64,000 nucleotides of DNA from a virus. Taxonomy: Duplodnaviria; Caudoviricetes. Shown here piece by piece: positions 20,701-28,583 of this stretch. The notes below the pieces were generated by a model that ran no database searches, was not told where the DNA came from, and saw only the letters and a list, made by a program, of their open reading frames with translations. The stretch's first letter is position 1. Each line of letters starts with the position of its first letter. Position numbers and translations under genes: made by a program. Location of the stretch: IMG/VR virus record IMGVR_UViG_2841440409_000001, positions 903-64,902 of that record. One strand, 5' to 3'.

Positions 20701-23700
20701 GTAGTGGGCATTCGTGATCGAGCGCTGAGCGCTTTCCCATTCCTCACGGCCCAGATGCTCCCGCAGCCAGCGGTCACGCTCCTGCCAGCCGTCCCGAGGC
20801 ATGGGGCGATCCCAAGTGCCCTGGAAGAGCTCCTGCCCGAAGCTGCCCCAGCCAGTATAGCCGGCAAGCGTGCGCTGTTCATCCGCCGTAGCCTGACGGC
20901 CCTCGTCGCGAACTTCCAGATAGGTTTCGATCGCCTGACGGTTTCGGTCAAAGCGCGCCACCGGGCCGCCGCCCACAATTTCGAGCGGATTTGCGATATG
21001 GAAATTACCGGGCCCTGGATGCGCAGGACTCGTCGCCGAGCTTAGCTCGTTGGCGTCGGCACTTCGTCCTCGTACTCGGCCGCTACCGCCATCTCCTGCC
21101 GGTACCGGTCCTTCAGGTTCTGCGGCGCGTCCTGTAGCGTCGTCGGCAGATCGCTGTCGTCCTGCAGCGGCACTTCCGGTTCCAGCATCAACTCCTCGCG
21201 CTCCGCTATCTCGCGAGCGTCCGTTATCGGGAAGCCTTCCTTCAGCAGCTCCTGTTGGCGATCCCACATCCGGCTCTGCGCCAGAAACGCCATCTTCGCC
21301 GTCAATCCTTGCGCCTGCAGGTTCGCCCACATCCTCGGACTGTCCTGTTCCCAGCTCGCCAGTATCCGGTCGCGCAGCACGAAGTTCTCCGTCACTCCGC
21401 TCGCCTTCAGCTGGCGATACTCCGCGTCGATCGCGGCGCTGTTCAGCAGGTTCGGGTTCTCGGACATTACGCGTCAGCTCCGGCTCACCCCGAGTGACTT
21501 CCCAGGCAATCGTATCGGCCAGATCGATTGCAGACAGGTCAGCGGGTGCCCAACGGTTTACACCAGCCGTAGCCTGCTTGTCTCCGTCTTTTCGCGACAC
21601 ACGGTACATCAGGGACACGCCGGCGGCATTGGTCGGGACCGCACCGCGCAGGGAGCTTGCCCCGACCGTGGCAAAGACGTTGGCTCCGCTCTCCACGTGG
21701 CGCAAATGGAGCGTGACGTCGCCTGAAACCGCCATCCCGCCAGCATTGCGCGCGACCGGATTCGCCGACTTTCCTTTTGTCGTGGCGTGCGGTTCGAAGC
21801 CCAGAGGGCGTAGCGCCGCCGCGACCGCTCGCATATAGGCGGTAGCATCGCCGAGAAACGCGTCCTTGAGCCCGCCTTTCAGGCCTTCGTCGGTCTGCTG
21901 GTTCGCACCGCCATCGATCGGCGTCCAGCCGTCGATATGATCGACGCCCCAGTCTTCACGTAACTTGCGTGATCCAGCCGGCGCTGCCTTCTCACGCTTG
22001 GGTTTTGCGACCTCGCTGCCGAGAGCCCGTGTCTCATCGGCGGGTAACCCGCCCTTGAGCAACCCAACATGCAGCGTACGCGATTCCGCTGGCGTCGACA
22101 TGCCGGCTGTATCGAGACCAGGATAGTTCCGCGCCCCTTCCCAGAAGGACAGCAGGTAGGGCGTGATCCGCTCGCCGAAGTCGGCACGCATCGCGGCGGC
22201 ATAATCGGCGAATTTGCGTACCCCCGCCTCGATGTAAGCGCCGGCAATCGTCATGCCGTCGACCAGCACTTCGGGGTCGATGCCCGAATTGATGCGGTTC
22301 ATCTTTTCGCGCAGACGCGCACGCGCTGCTTCGACCTTGTCGGCGGTGAAAAGCTTGTTACTGCTGAAGACGTCGTCAGTCGTTCGCGCAGGTTCGGCTG
22401 GCGGCACCGGCTCGGCGGTTGCCGCCGGCGTTGCATCTAGGGTCGCACCTTGCTCCGCCGGCGACCCTTCACCAACCGCCCGATCCGCTTCAGGTTCCGC
22501 AACGGCAACCACTTCCGGCGCGATGGACATGACGTCATCGCGCATCGCGCGTTCGATCACATAGTTCTGGAGCGTCGTGCCGCCGCCACGATCCACGTTG
22601 CGGAAATAGGCGCTGCGCTTTCCGGCGCTCTCGATCTCATAGGTCGCGCCAGCCGACAGATAATCAACGTCCTGCGACACCGTGTAGCGCTCGCCATTGC
22701 GGACGAACGGGTTCGCGTTCTTCTTGTCGGTCGGGCGACGCTCAACTGCGGGCCGGGTCACCGTCGGCGCAGAAGTCGGGGGGGGGGTCTCCGACGCCGA
22801 CGGCTCCTCAACAACGGTCGCAGTGCCTTGAGGTTCCACGACTTTTGCGGCGGCAACCTTCGTGCCCGCTGGCGCGATCGTACGCGCGGGATCTTTCACC
22901 CAGGCGCGGAAATCCTCGAACGACATCTCCGTGATGTCGCCAAGGCCAGTCCACCCCTTCTCGTAGTTGGCGAGGTAGCCGCGACGAGCAGCGCCCTTGT
23001 CGCCGAACCCGACCATCACTTTGTGTTCGTCAAAGCTCCCATCAGCATTGACCTGATCGACGATGAACACCGGGTTGGCAGGATCAGCGGCCTTGGGCCC
23101 AAGGAATACGTCGACATGATCGCCGTCGGCGCCCTCGGAGCGCTTCACATAGCCATAGGTGTGCTTGAGCGGTGGCCACTCAGGGCGGCGGCTGGTGCCG
23201 GCCGGGTTCTCGATCGTGACGTCGAGGCCGCCGATCGACACATGACCCTTGGAATAATTACCAGCGTCCTTCTGCGCCTCGGTAGGCTCGGGTAGGTCGT
23301 TGAGCGGCGACGTCGCCGCCTGCGCCTCGGCTGCCTTGATCGCGTCGGCCGGCGCGGCCTTCGCTGCGTTGATGGCATCGATCGCCTCTTCAACGCGTTT
23401 CTTTTCGGCAAGCAGCGGCTTAGTCCAGCCGGCGTTGGTGCGAGCCTGCGAGGCGAGATAGCGCAGGCGCGCGCGCAGTTCGTCTTCCGACGCTTCGTTG
23501 GCGGGCGCCGCCGGGCTCTGCGCCGGCTTGGGAGGTTCGGCGATGATTTCTCCGGTTTCAGGGTCGACATGCTCGCTCGCGTCGTTCCGCTGATCCTGCG
23601 GCGAACCTGTAAGCTTTTCTTTCAGGTTGCTCGGAGACTGCGGCTGCGGCGCCGACACGATCGCCTCCTGCGGCTCATCGGACGGGGCGGGGGCCTCAGT

Positions 23701-25716
23701 CGTCAAGGCTGGCTTGACAGCTGCCGGATCGACCAGACGGGCGTGGCCGGCCTCGATGTCGGCGCGCGGGATCTGGAGCTCCTCACCGGATTCCGTCTTT
23801 ACCCAGATTGCGTCTTCCGTCTCGCCCAGGAGGCGTACGGGATATTCTCCGGCCTCGGTAGCCAGCACCAACGGCTGGAGGGGCGCATTGGGAGCAATGG
23901 GTGAGGGGACGCTCGCGCTTTCGGTAGGCGTCGTCGGCGCCTGAGCGCGCGCGAGCGATCGGCCCAGTGGGCCGGTCGGCTCCGGCGCGGGTGGAGCTGC
24001 CGCCTCCGGCTGGATCGACGTTGCTTCCGGCGCCGACGGGGCCGGGACTGGCGGCTGCACCGGCTGTCCATCTCCGTCGGGTGCCGGCGTCTGAGGCATG
24101 CCAAGCGATTGGGACACGTCCTCGCGTGCAAGGCGGCCAAGTGCTGCGTTCGCGCCAGCGAAGGCTCCACTCTGCATGAGCGTGGCCACGGCTGTCTTGC
24201 CCGCAGCATCAAGCCGTTCATTCCAGAAATCGCCCCACGTCTTGTCCGGGTTGGCGATTGCGGTGTCGATCGCATCCTGAAGGAAGGTCGCTGCCTGCTC
24301 CGTGGGCATCTCGCGCAGGAGATATTCGGAAAGGAACTTGCGCATGCCGACCTTGCCGAACTTGTCAGCGAGCCAGCCCATGGGGATCATCTCGGTGCCG
24401 GCTTCGACGATACCCTCGCCCGCGCCGCCAGCCAGCGCCATGCCGGGCGTTGCTCCACGCGCGCGATACTTGGCGTAGGACTGGGCTTCCGTTTGCCCCC
24501 CGAGGATCGATAGGCCGGCGGCAGGCCCCAGAACCACGCCGGCCGCGACGCCGGGCGTGGTCTGAATGAGGCTTTGCAGACCGCCGTAAGCTGCATCTGC
24601 CCACCAGGACTCGAACTGCGGCGTTGCGGCATTCGTGCGCGCCTGCGAGCGTTCAAATTCGGCCTGCGTATTGGTGCGCCCGAACGCTTCACGCTGCCCC
24701 TCAAGGCTGAGCCCCGGCGAATTGGGCATGTTCCGGTCGATCCATCGATCGAGCGCCGGCCCGGCTGCATCCTCGAACTGCATGCGGATGCCTTGACCCG
24801 CCTGGCGGAAGGCTTCGCGGCTGGATGTTGCGGCGCCTGCCAGAGCATTGCCGAACGACCCTTCCGGCTGCCGGACCTCCGACAGGGAGCCCTCGTCGGG
24901 CTTGCGCTGAGCCTCGCTCTCATGGCGCGCGATGATGTTGCGCAGATCGTTCGGGTTTTCGATCGTGTCGGCGAGGCGCGGCGGCTTCGTGCGCGAAGGC
25001 TTGCCGACGAGCGCGGCGACCGCATCCGCCGATACCTCGCCGGCACCCGCGCCATTGTCGGCACCTGGAGCGTACCAAGGGCCGCCGCTGGGCGGCCGTC
25101 CTGCGTAACGAGGGGCCAACTCACCCTTTAGGCGGGCGGCGCGCGCAAGCACTTCCTCGCCGTAACGCGCCGTCTTCACGCCCCACTTCTTGCGATCGGG
25201 CCCGGCGAAATGCTCCTTCACCGCATCCGCCATCGAATAGCCGCGGTTGAGGCGGTCGCGTAGCTGCATGGCAGCCGCATCGATCGACTGCAGGGGATCG
25301 AACGGGTTGATGCCCAGCCGCGCGGCCGTGCTGTCGAGGAACTGCATCAGGCCCTTGGCGCGCCCCCACTGCGTGGGCGTGCCTAGCGCTGCTGGGTTGT
25401 ACCGCGATTCCTGCTCGCCCAGCGCCATGATGACGTTGAGCGGGATGTCATATTTGAGTGCAGCGCTCTCGAAAGCCGCGACGAGGGCGGGTGTGGCCTT
25501 GGCCGCTGCTGGCATGCGACCGTCCGAACGCGGCGACGACGCGGCCGGCGCAGCTGGCGGAGGCGGCACATCGATGTCGGGCAGCGATGGCGCGGACAGG
25601 TCGATGACGCCGAGCGCGTCGGACTGGCGGTTGATTTCGGCATCGAGCGGCGAAAGCTGGAAGATGGACTTTGCCAAGGCATGCACTCGCGATGAGGGGT
25701 CTGTGTCAGACCACAC
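11752..25716 (-). CDS. Giant DarB-like polyvalent virion protein (SLT transglycosylase, iPPase-like domain, N6 MTase, SNF2 helicase, LPD3-like, HExxH peptidase, PLxRFG domain); start uncertain
   Basis: QESRYNP/GLMQF; HTYGY..GADGDHVDVF; LEPSMGIG/IGNWPF; HEVGTGKT, DEAHEFK, TGTP, QRNGRGQRQGN; LLHEMFH; YFPLSRFG. Confidence 0.88.
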   Translation of the reverse strand: MWSDTDPSSRVHALAKSIFQLSPLDAEINRQSDALGVIDLSAPSLPDIDVPPPPAAPAASSPRSDGRMPAAAKATPALVAAFESAALKYDIPLNVIMALGEQESRYNPAALGTPTQWGRAKGLMQFLDSTAARLGINPFDPLQSIDAAAMQLRDRLNRGYSMADAVKEHFAGPDRKKWGVKTARYGEEVLARAARLKGELAPRYAGRPPSGGPWYAPGADNGAGAGEVSADAVAALVGKPSRTKPPRLADTIENPNDLRNIIARHESEAQRKPDEGSLSEVRQPEGSFGNALAGAATSSREAFRQAGQGIRMQFEDAAGPALDRWIDRNMPNSPGLSLEGQREAFGRTNTQAEFERSQARTNAATPQFESWWADAAYGGLQSLIQTTPGVAAGVVLGPAAGLSILGGQTEAQSYAKYRARGATPGMALAGGAGEGIVEAGTEMIPMGWLADKFGKVGMRKFLSEYLLREMPTEQAATFLQDAIDTAIANPDKTWGDFWNERLDAAGKTAVATLMQSGAFAGANAALGRLAREDVSQSLGMPQTPAPDGDGQPVQPPVPAPSAPEATSIQPEAAAPPAPEPTGPLGRSLARAQAPTTPTESASVPSPIAPNAPLQPLVLATEAGEYPVRLLGETEDAIWVKTESGEELQIPRADIEAGHARLVDPAAVKPALTTEAPAPSDEPQEAIVSAPQPQSPSNLKEKLTGSPQDQRNDASEHVDPETGEIIAEPPKPAQSPAAPANEASEDELRARLRYLASQARTNAGWTKPLLAEKKRVEEAIDAINAAKAAPADAIKAAEAQAATSPLNDLPEPTEAQKDAGNYSKGHVSIGGLDVTIENPAGTSRRPEWPPLKHTYGYVKRSEGADGDHVDVFLGPKAADPANPVFIVDQVNADGSFDEHKVMVGFGDKGAARRGYLANYEKGWTGLGDITEMSFEDFRAWVKDPARTIAPAGTKVAAAKVVEPQGTATVVEEPSASETPPPTSAPTVTRPAVERRPTDKKNANPFVRNGERYTVSQDVDYLSAGATYEIESAGKRSAYFRNVDRGGGTTLQNYVIERAMRDDVMSIAPEVVAVAEPEADRAVGEGSPAEQGATLDATPAATAEPVPPAEPARTTDDVFSSNKLFTADKVEAARARLREKMNRINSGIDPEVLVDGMTIAGAYIEAGVRKFADYAAAMRADFGERITPYLLSFWEGARNYPGLDTAGMSTPAESRTLHVGLLKGGLPADETRALGSEVAKPKREKAAPAGSRKLREDWGVDHIDGWTPIDGGANQQTDEGLKGGLKDAFLGDATAYMRAVAAALRPLGFEPHATTKGKSANPVARNAGGMAVSGDVTLHLRHVESGANVFATVGASSLRGAVPTNAAGVSLMYRVSRKDGDKQATAGVNRWAPADLSAIDLADTIAWEVTRGEPELTRNVREPEPAEQRRDRRGVSPAEGERSDGELRAARPDTGELGTGQSEDVGEPAGARIDGEDGVSGAEPDVGSPTGAAEGRLPDNGRSRDSGARGVDAGTGSAAAGRQRSADDATGRAAEPEGPVPAGDGGSGRVRGRSADANELSSATSPAHPGPGNFHIANPLEIVGGGPVARFDRNRQAIETYLEVRDEGRQATADEQRTLAGYTGWGSFGQELFQGTWDRPMPRDGWQERDRWLREHLGREEWESAQRSITNAHYTDPPTVMAMWDMMARMGFQGGRVLEPSMGIGNFFGMMPAEIAARSRLAGIELDSLTGGMAQLLYPDANVRVMPYQESKTPDGFYDAVIGNWPFENTVIADRRYDRLSPFLHDYFFLKAVDQVRAGGIVMGITSSGTMDKKASAIRRELAKKAELVAAFRLPSGAFADYAGTKVVTDIIILRKRAEPISLADGEGWVGSVPFQTPGGEISLNEYYVANPGHVIGQLDFGHGTTRGRPGMIVHRPDDMAQQLQRIVALVPESAYTNEARAQHISYVANHTADREGALTQTKDGLFVVRGEHLAPAAEVERFALKDPAKTAQREAQLGQLVDMRRKYADLIDAERNGDTTAARKALKSSYDAFVRQHGRLNESFGLAYMRKIDDPFYPSLAALEIDGKGAAILTRSTTRPAPSIDNPNVSEAFVLERNAAVNPSLDAIAARAGVPQDEAKAQLLESGAVFELPGGDIVPSDIYLAGNVREKLRQAKAAVAEGMTHMERNVDALTEVVPADVPYFKIETQLGATWVSPQIYGEFVGHMLGMPDGKGVEVRYNGGRWTVRMEDRLKSRTEARTGFGTDEYGFQRLVNAAFSNQAVTIRRKDSDGTSYVDHAATEEVNGKIAEMRTKFADWLWSDPERRVAVEAEYNEVRNAYATPRFDGSFLRFEGMALSLGTGPFDLRQHQQDAIWRALVSRRSLNAHEVGTGKTFTMGGIAVESRRYGIARKPLILAHNANSKTVGAEIQQMYPAAKILYIDNLSPATIDVKMRQIANDDWDAVVVPHSLIDRFAFKEETLMEMAREEIAALEEEAYAAAADDGADLKEEMLDDPEALKKLRSPTAKELVKMRQRIIETIRKQSHRASREGAIAFEDLGVDMVLVDEAHEFKKPPISTRMKMKGLNTSTSDRSISLSFMTRYIRAQNAGGNVHLFTGTPITNTLTEVFHMMRYIMQEEMQAAGIDQWDGWFGSFAREVMDVEQNAAAEYEAVTRLAGFINVPELRRMIGQYMDTVFAADMPEMQPRRTASGKTMADELTEAERAELLNGRTEGAKDRPYKRVINVTSDLTPQQRVIFDELRGYARAWRSMTGKQKKEAMAAGSPESPIITEGLATKASFDVRLYDGESLAGQEGKAIDDPGSKASRVVANVKEIYDSHPLATQVIFAEQGFSNRVTRSLGRDDSGAKRTKSIPYFSTIRDIVERLAAQGIPRAQIAVVDGSTSKDKRKEIAVAMNSGKVRVVIGSTATLGVGVNMQRNLRAMHHMDAPWMPGDLEQRNGRGQRQGNQWNTVLEYRYLTDRLDGRRWQVLAIKQRFITAFLKADDSARTIEGEAAADEQSDILQSFAEAAGDPRILIREKLRKQLDGVQRRERLHTQGIANAIGQARMLRGFVSDTETDLAELDKRGTVEATESLVAANAGKGFAITIDGKPYDKRKEADEAINAWAAHNLRMGDAPVAIGSFGRYELLVGWPGLSKSPELRVVIDGKVFTGTSVQGMEQSLRRLAPDTARRRAQMEEQRATITRLEALTQEPFHLSAELERYGKALTDLEADIQANPVPPPAWLRTGAPVDTSIHWNGAEFTVAGHRWAPDGWFVLANDERGTVTIPYAEARDDQGIAIYEERPFEAPQLVEKEVKADPAQPADSPAAHSIAAPAGGGFTSVDGLRRHLDEGRLGPSITALIDAGKIVLHANGDTLPASASRANIRAYLEGEPIVTLKGDEFAPDGQPLTAKVARWYADNDHQIVQTPGIGAVSLDAKAVKNSVSHGLSRNKASAFAAVPDVLRHGRIVHSEPLAGSRDGGMAHFVAAPIRMGNQDMVAIVMVRSDINAKRMYVHEVALREVLRQPAFKTSADAAEAGMRSGAGAGAIRTILHNIFTANPDGGHDVVQGMTSRDGRIHLVADKLTSDTAMPVLLHEMFHAGVRPLIGNANWEAALARINALYRSAELRESTADRGNTAFWRRALERVDAAHPQLGMEVEEFAAYAVEERAQAPAGVREAADRLVGALKAWLLRRFGVQLGSVTPAQLQALAAAALRSGITAPNSNTAFSRVVPSERQVDVVTPGMIANLVTKAMDGKASVLGVIPLRPLLTEMASRIPAAREYLDLKQAMDALRDQWHARSDAVAQPWLKFRVLNRAENQKLMNIMHDATLSGVDPAKKFTSILTKVDRQTLRGKPGTDAYDAAAEKWQRDQARMSAHARLSAAFTALPADARNIYVDVRDTYRALSDAFEQVLLDNLSKALDIKFRQAKRAYDAELIRIADTDMAADARELAVAKAEREWAKQRQLQGWAKGARMTRLRNFFETNNLSGPYFPLSRFGNFFVTVRDQKTDQVISFSRFERPGEQQAFAKQMRDAGHIAVIGVLEDGGALKAQVDARFVTDIESILEGADVSDSVRDAVWQRWLETMPDMSIRTSRIHRKGRAGFSSDAIRVFGHHMFHGSHQLARLKYALDLDETIALARDQAKTMPDPVRAGLIVNEMTRRNQFIMNPTGGPLAQTLTSAAFVYHLSVSPAAALVNTAQTAVMGVPILAAYEGSAGRGAGRAAFELGKALRDFTAGKGHAARAGALSAQERDAMEQAYETGLIERTQSHDLAGVGETGVEYSPIRTKVMGAISWAFHHTERMNREVTFLAAYRMARRKGEPHNMAIGRASELTWKIHFDYQNTSRPRIMQSDTAKVLLTFRNFQVNMLWRLFRDTHQAVKGATAQERREARTQLAGVTGMMMLTAGIRGTWMYGIAMMLASMFFGDDAEDDFAKLLIAALGRRAGGMALNGVPGDVLGIDISERVGMPDLWFRSPDRQLEGATEFDYWAMQVLGAGVGILRNAWTGASMIADGHVYRGIETIMPKFAKDIMRSYRYMSEGAQTLKGDPIIEDMGAADAIKQALGFTPAELAERYDQNRAMKNKEQRILDQRSNILADFDQAQREGRDTAAIAERIDKFNEANPDYPVRARDIRRSMKSRQQMRERKATGVYLNPKLAGRLQDEAAPLLYSEDE
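21042..21467 (-). CDS. Probable overprinted 141-aa gene inside the giant ORF
   Basis: GGAG 10 nt before ATG; GC3-rich codons in this frame; the giant-protein frame is R/G/D-rich low complexity over the same span. Confidence 0.6.
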   Translation of the reverse strand: MSENPNLLNSAAIDAEYRQLKASGVTENFVLRDRILASWEQDSPRMWANLQAQGLTAKMAFLAQSRMWDRQQELLKEGFPITDAREIAEREELMLEPEVPLQDDSDLPTTLQDAPQNLKDRYRQEMAVAAEYEDEVPTPTS

Positions 25717-25763
25717 TCATGCGCGGCGCACGCATCCTAGCGCGTTCGCCGGGGCGCTGTCAC
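25710..25763 (-). promoter_or_regulatory. Late-block promoter plus leader hairpin, copy 2
   Basis: GTGACA-18-TAGGAT followed by GCC-GCGC-ATGA-GTGT-GGT. Confidence 0.65.
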
Positions 25764-26983
25764 CACAGCTTTGGAATGCCACGCCCCTGATTGCTGTCGG
25801 GCGCCGCGCCCTGGATCACGCCACGCGCCGCCGTGCTCTGCTGGCTGTAGATGTTGGTCGCCTGCTTGACCTGTTCGTCGACGGGCTTCGAGTTGAAGCC
25901 GCCTTTGCCTCCTAGATCGCTCTCCGACAATGTCTTCCAGATCGCGCTGATCGCCTTGCGCGCGTCTTCCGGAGTGTCACCTTTGACCTTTGCCGCCTCC
26001 ATCGCGGGCGCGAGGGCCGCGTCCAGCTGCTTGGAGGTCATGATCTTCTCAAGGTCATAGCCCTGCTGGGTCGCGTCGCGCTGCGTCGTCTGCCCGAACT
26101 CGCGGTCGCTGCGGATCATCTGCCGCGTGTGCTGACGCGCGTCCCGCTGATCGTCGATCGCCGCACCCATGCGTTTGAGCGCAACATCCTGCCGGAATTC
26201 GCGATCATCCTTCGCCGCCGCCGCGCGTGCGGCGCTCGCCTTGTCGAGCTCCGAGAAGGCGCGGCCGACGAACTTGTCAGGCGACAAAGTCATCATCGCC
26301 GTCTGATAGAGATCATCGGAGCTCGTGAAATCGTGGCTCACCTCCTCGCCATCGGCGTTGCGCAGTTTCAAGCGCACGCCGGCCGGCCGGGTGCCGTTCT
26401 CGATGCGGATCGTCTCGCCGGTGCCCGGAAGTGTCCGCTCCTCGAAATTCGGCTCTGTGATGTCCTCCATCCCGACATATTTCGAGCCCGGCTCCAGCTT
26501 CTCGTAGAGCTTGCCGAACTTGCGCATGGCGCCCTTGGTGTCGCCAAGCATCGCCAGCCGCGCACCCCGGGCCCAGTCGCGCGTAATCCCTTCCGCCTCG
26601 CGCGTTTCCATCCATGACTGGAGCTGCTGCGCCTTGTCCGGATCGCCGATATCTAGATAGCCCTGGATTAGCTTGGGCACAGTCGTCTGGCGGTAGAAGT
26701 CCATCACCGACCCGACCTGCTGCGCGGCGGCATTCTTGGCCTTGCCCTGGTCGCTGAACGTCTGGTCGCCGACCTTGAAGGACTGGGTGCCGTCCGCATT
26801 GCTGGTGGTTTCGATCGCACTGTTGATCGCCCCCTCGCGTGCGGCATTGGCCTCAGCCTGTCCGTCCTTGGCGAGGTTGCGCATCTTTCGCTGATCGATG
26901 ACGCCCTTGATCTGGGAACCCATCTGCATGCCCTGTCCAAGGCCCTGCGCGAAGGAACCCAGCCCGACGGAGAAATTCACCAT
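25760..26983 (-). CDS. Probable internal virion/ejection protein
   Basis: Gly-rich N-terminus, Q/A-rich helical body, upstream of giant protein; AGGAGG RBS. Confidence 0.65.
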   Translation of the reverse strand: MVNFSVGLGSFAQGLGQGMQMGSQIKGVIDQRKMRNLAKDGQAEANAAREGAINSAIETTSNADGTQSFKVGDQTFSDQGKAKNAAAQQVGSVMDFYRQTTVPKLIQGYLDIGDPDKAQQLQSWMETREAEGITRDWARGARLAMLGDTKGAMRKFGKLYEKLEPGSKYVGMEDITEPNFEERTLPGTGETIRIENGTRPAGVRLKLRNADGEEVSHDFTSSDDLYQTAMMTLSPDKFVGRAFSELDKASAARAAAAKDDREFRQDVALKRMGAAIDDQRDARQHTRQMIRSDREFGQTTQRDATQQGYDLEKIMTSKQLDAALAPAMEAAKVKGDTPEDARKAISAIWKTLSESDLGGKGGFNSKPVDEQVKQATNIYSQQSTAARGVIQGAAPDSNQGRGIPKLW

Positions 26984-26992
26984 ATTTGCCTC

Positions 26993-28090
26993 CTATGCGG
27001 CCTTTCGGCCATCTTTGCGGATGACGCCGCGCTCGAGCTTGCTGACCTTGTCGTCGAGCTCGCGGATCGCGCCGAGCGTGACGCCGATCGCATCTACGAC
27101 GGGGATGGACTTGCCGTCGCCCTTGCCGGTCGCGGCCTGGAAGTCCTCGGCATAGGGACCGATGTGGCGGCCTTCGTCGGCGATGCCAGGACGATAGGTC
27201 CATTCTTCCACCGGCATTTTCCTGACAGCCTCCAGCACGCCACGCGCTGGCTTCTTCTCGGTTTTGTAGTCCTTCGAGCTTGCCATGATGGCGGCGCCCG
27301 CGACGGTGCCGAGTGTGTTGAAGATGCCGCCACTCGCCTGCTGCTGCGCCTGCCAGGCGCTCAGCTGGTTCTGATACAGGCTGTTGAGCGTGTTGGCCTG
27401 GCCCGCATAGCCGTTCATGGCGGTTCCATAGCCGCCCTGCAGGACGCCGAGCGACTGGTTCGCGGTCGAAATCGGCACGGTTGATGTGCTGACCGCGCTG
27501 CTGCCTGCGGTCACGCCGAGGCCCAGCGACCCGGCGGCCGACGAGGGCAGGCCGTTGCCCAGATTGATCGAGTCCGCCTTCAGCGCGAGGCCCTTGTCGC
27601 GCGCGAGCTGGCGCGCGTTGTTCTCCGCGCCGGCTGCGCCCAGCGACACCTGCACGTCGGACGCGCGCTCGATCCCGGCGTAACGGCCGCTCGTAGGCGA
27701 AATGCCCATGGATGCCATCTGCCGCTGACGCTGCTGCGCCTGGCCGGTCGCCGCGTTGATGACGTCGGCCCTGGCTTTGGATGCAGCCTGGTCCTGATAC
27801 GCTTCGCTGCCGTATTTATTGGCTTCGGCGATGAACTCGTCCTGGAGCGGCTGGAACACGGACTTGTAGCGGTCGCGATCTTCCGACGCCCATTCCTGCG
27901 CCTGCGTCGAGGCATCGAGCTGGGCGTTGGCGACGCGGGTCGAGAGATCGTCGAGCTTGTCATTGCGCGCATTCTGCGTCGCATATTGCTCCTTCGAGAA
28001 GTTGAGGAACTCCTTACCGAGCTCAGCCTGCATGATCGCGGCGCGTCCGATCTGCGGATCGGGGCTGGGGGAACTGCCTTTACTGCTCAT
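26993..28090 (-). CDS. Ejection-type virion protein with C-terminal peptidase S74-like domain
   Basis: A/Q/G-rich; SSKDYK...WTY...IGPYAEDF. Confidence 0.7.
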   Translation of the reverse strand: MSSKGSSPSPDPQIGRAAIMQAELGKEFLNFSKEQYATQNARNDKLDDLSTRVANAQLDASTQAQEWASEDRDRYKSVFQPLQDEFIAEANKYGSEAYQDQAASKARADVINAATGQAQQRQRQMASMGISPTSGRYAGIERASDVQVSLGAAGAENNARQLARDKGLALKADSINLGNGLPSSAAGSLGLGVTAGSSAVSTSTVPISTANQSLGVLQGGYGTAMNGYAGQANTLNSLYQNQLSAWQAQQQASGGIFNTLGTVAGAAIMASSKDYKTEKKPARGVLEAVRKMPVEEWTYRPGIADEGRHIGPYAEDFQAATGKGDGKSIPVVDAIGVTLGAIRELDDKVSKLERGVIRKDGRKAA

Positions 28091-28532
28091 GGAGCATGTC
28101 CTTTGCGATGAAGGGGCACTCCTCACGGAGCATACCCATGACGATCATGTCGCCGCCGTCGTTCGCGCCGCGGCGAAGCGCACCCTCGATCCTGAAACCG
28201 AAATGCTGGTTGAGCCGAAGTGCGCGCTTGTTCGATGCGGGGACGAGCCCGGTCATGCGCTGCAGGCCACCGACGATGAACGGATAGGTGAAGCCAGCGG
28301 CGATGAACCTGCGCGACAGCCATCCGGGGCGCTGGTCGCTGACAAGATGGACGCTGCAATCCGTGCCGGTCCATCGCTCGTAGATGGCGACGGCGCGGAT
28401 ATCGTCGAGCGTGCCCCAGCCGATCGCGCGCGCGTCGGAGAAGAAATTGAGCCCGAACTGCTTCGTCGCCCAGGCGATGAGGCGGTCAGGTTCGTCGAGA
28501 ATGATGCCGGGTGCAGACATGCGCGGATCCAT
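28080..28532 (-). CDS. GNAT-family acetyltransferase
   Basis: VPASNKRALRLNQHFGFRIEG...GMLREEC. Confidence 0.8.
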   Translation of the reverse strand: MDPRMSAPGIILDEPDRLIAWATKQFGLNFFSDARAIGWGTLDDIRAVAIYERWTGTDCSVHLVSDQRPGWLSRRFIAAGFTYPFIVGGLQRMTGLVPASNKRALRLNQHFGFRIEGALRRGANDGGDMIVMGMLREECPFIAKDMLHEQ

Positions 28533-28541
28533 GAACAGGGA

Positions 28542-28570
28542 GCCGCACTCATGCGCGTCGCAGCACTATA
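28542..28570 (-). promoter_or_regulatory. Late-block -10 element plus leader hairpin, copy 3
   Basis: GC-TATAGT, 8 nt, GCGCATGAGTGC. Confidence 0.65.
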
Positions 28571-28583
28571 GCGCAGGACTCGC

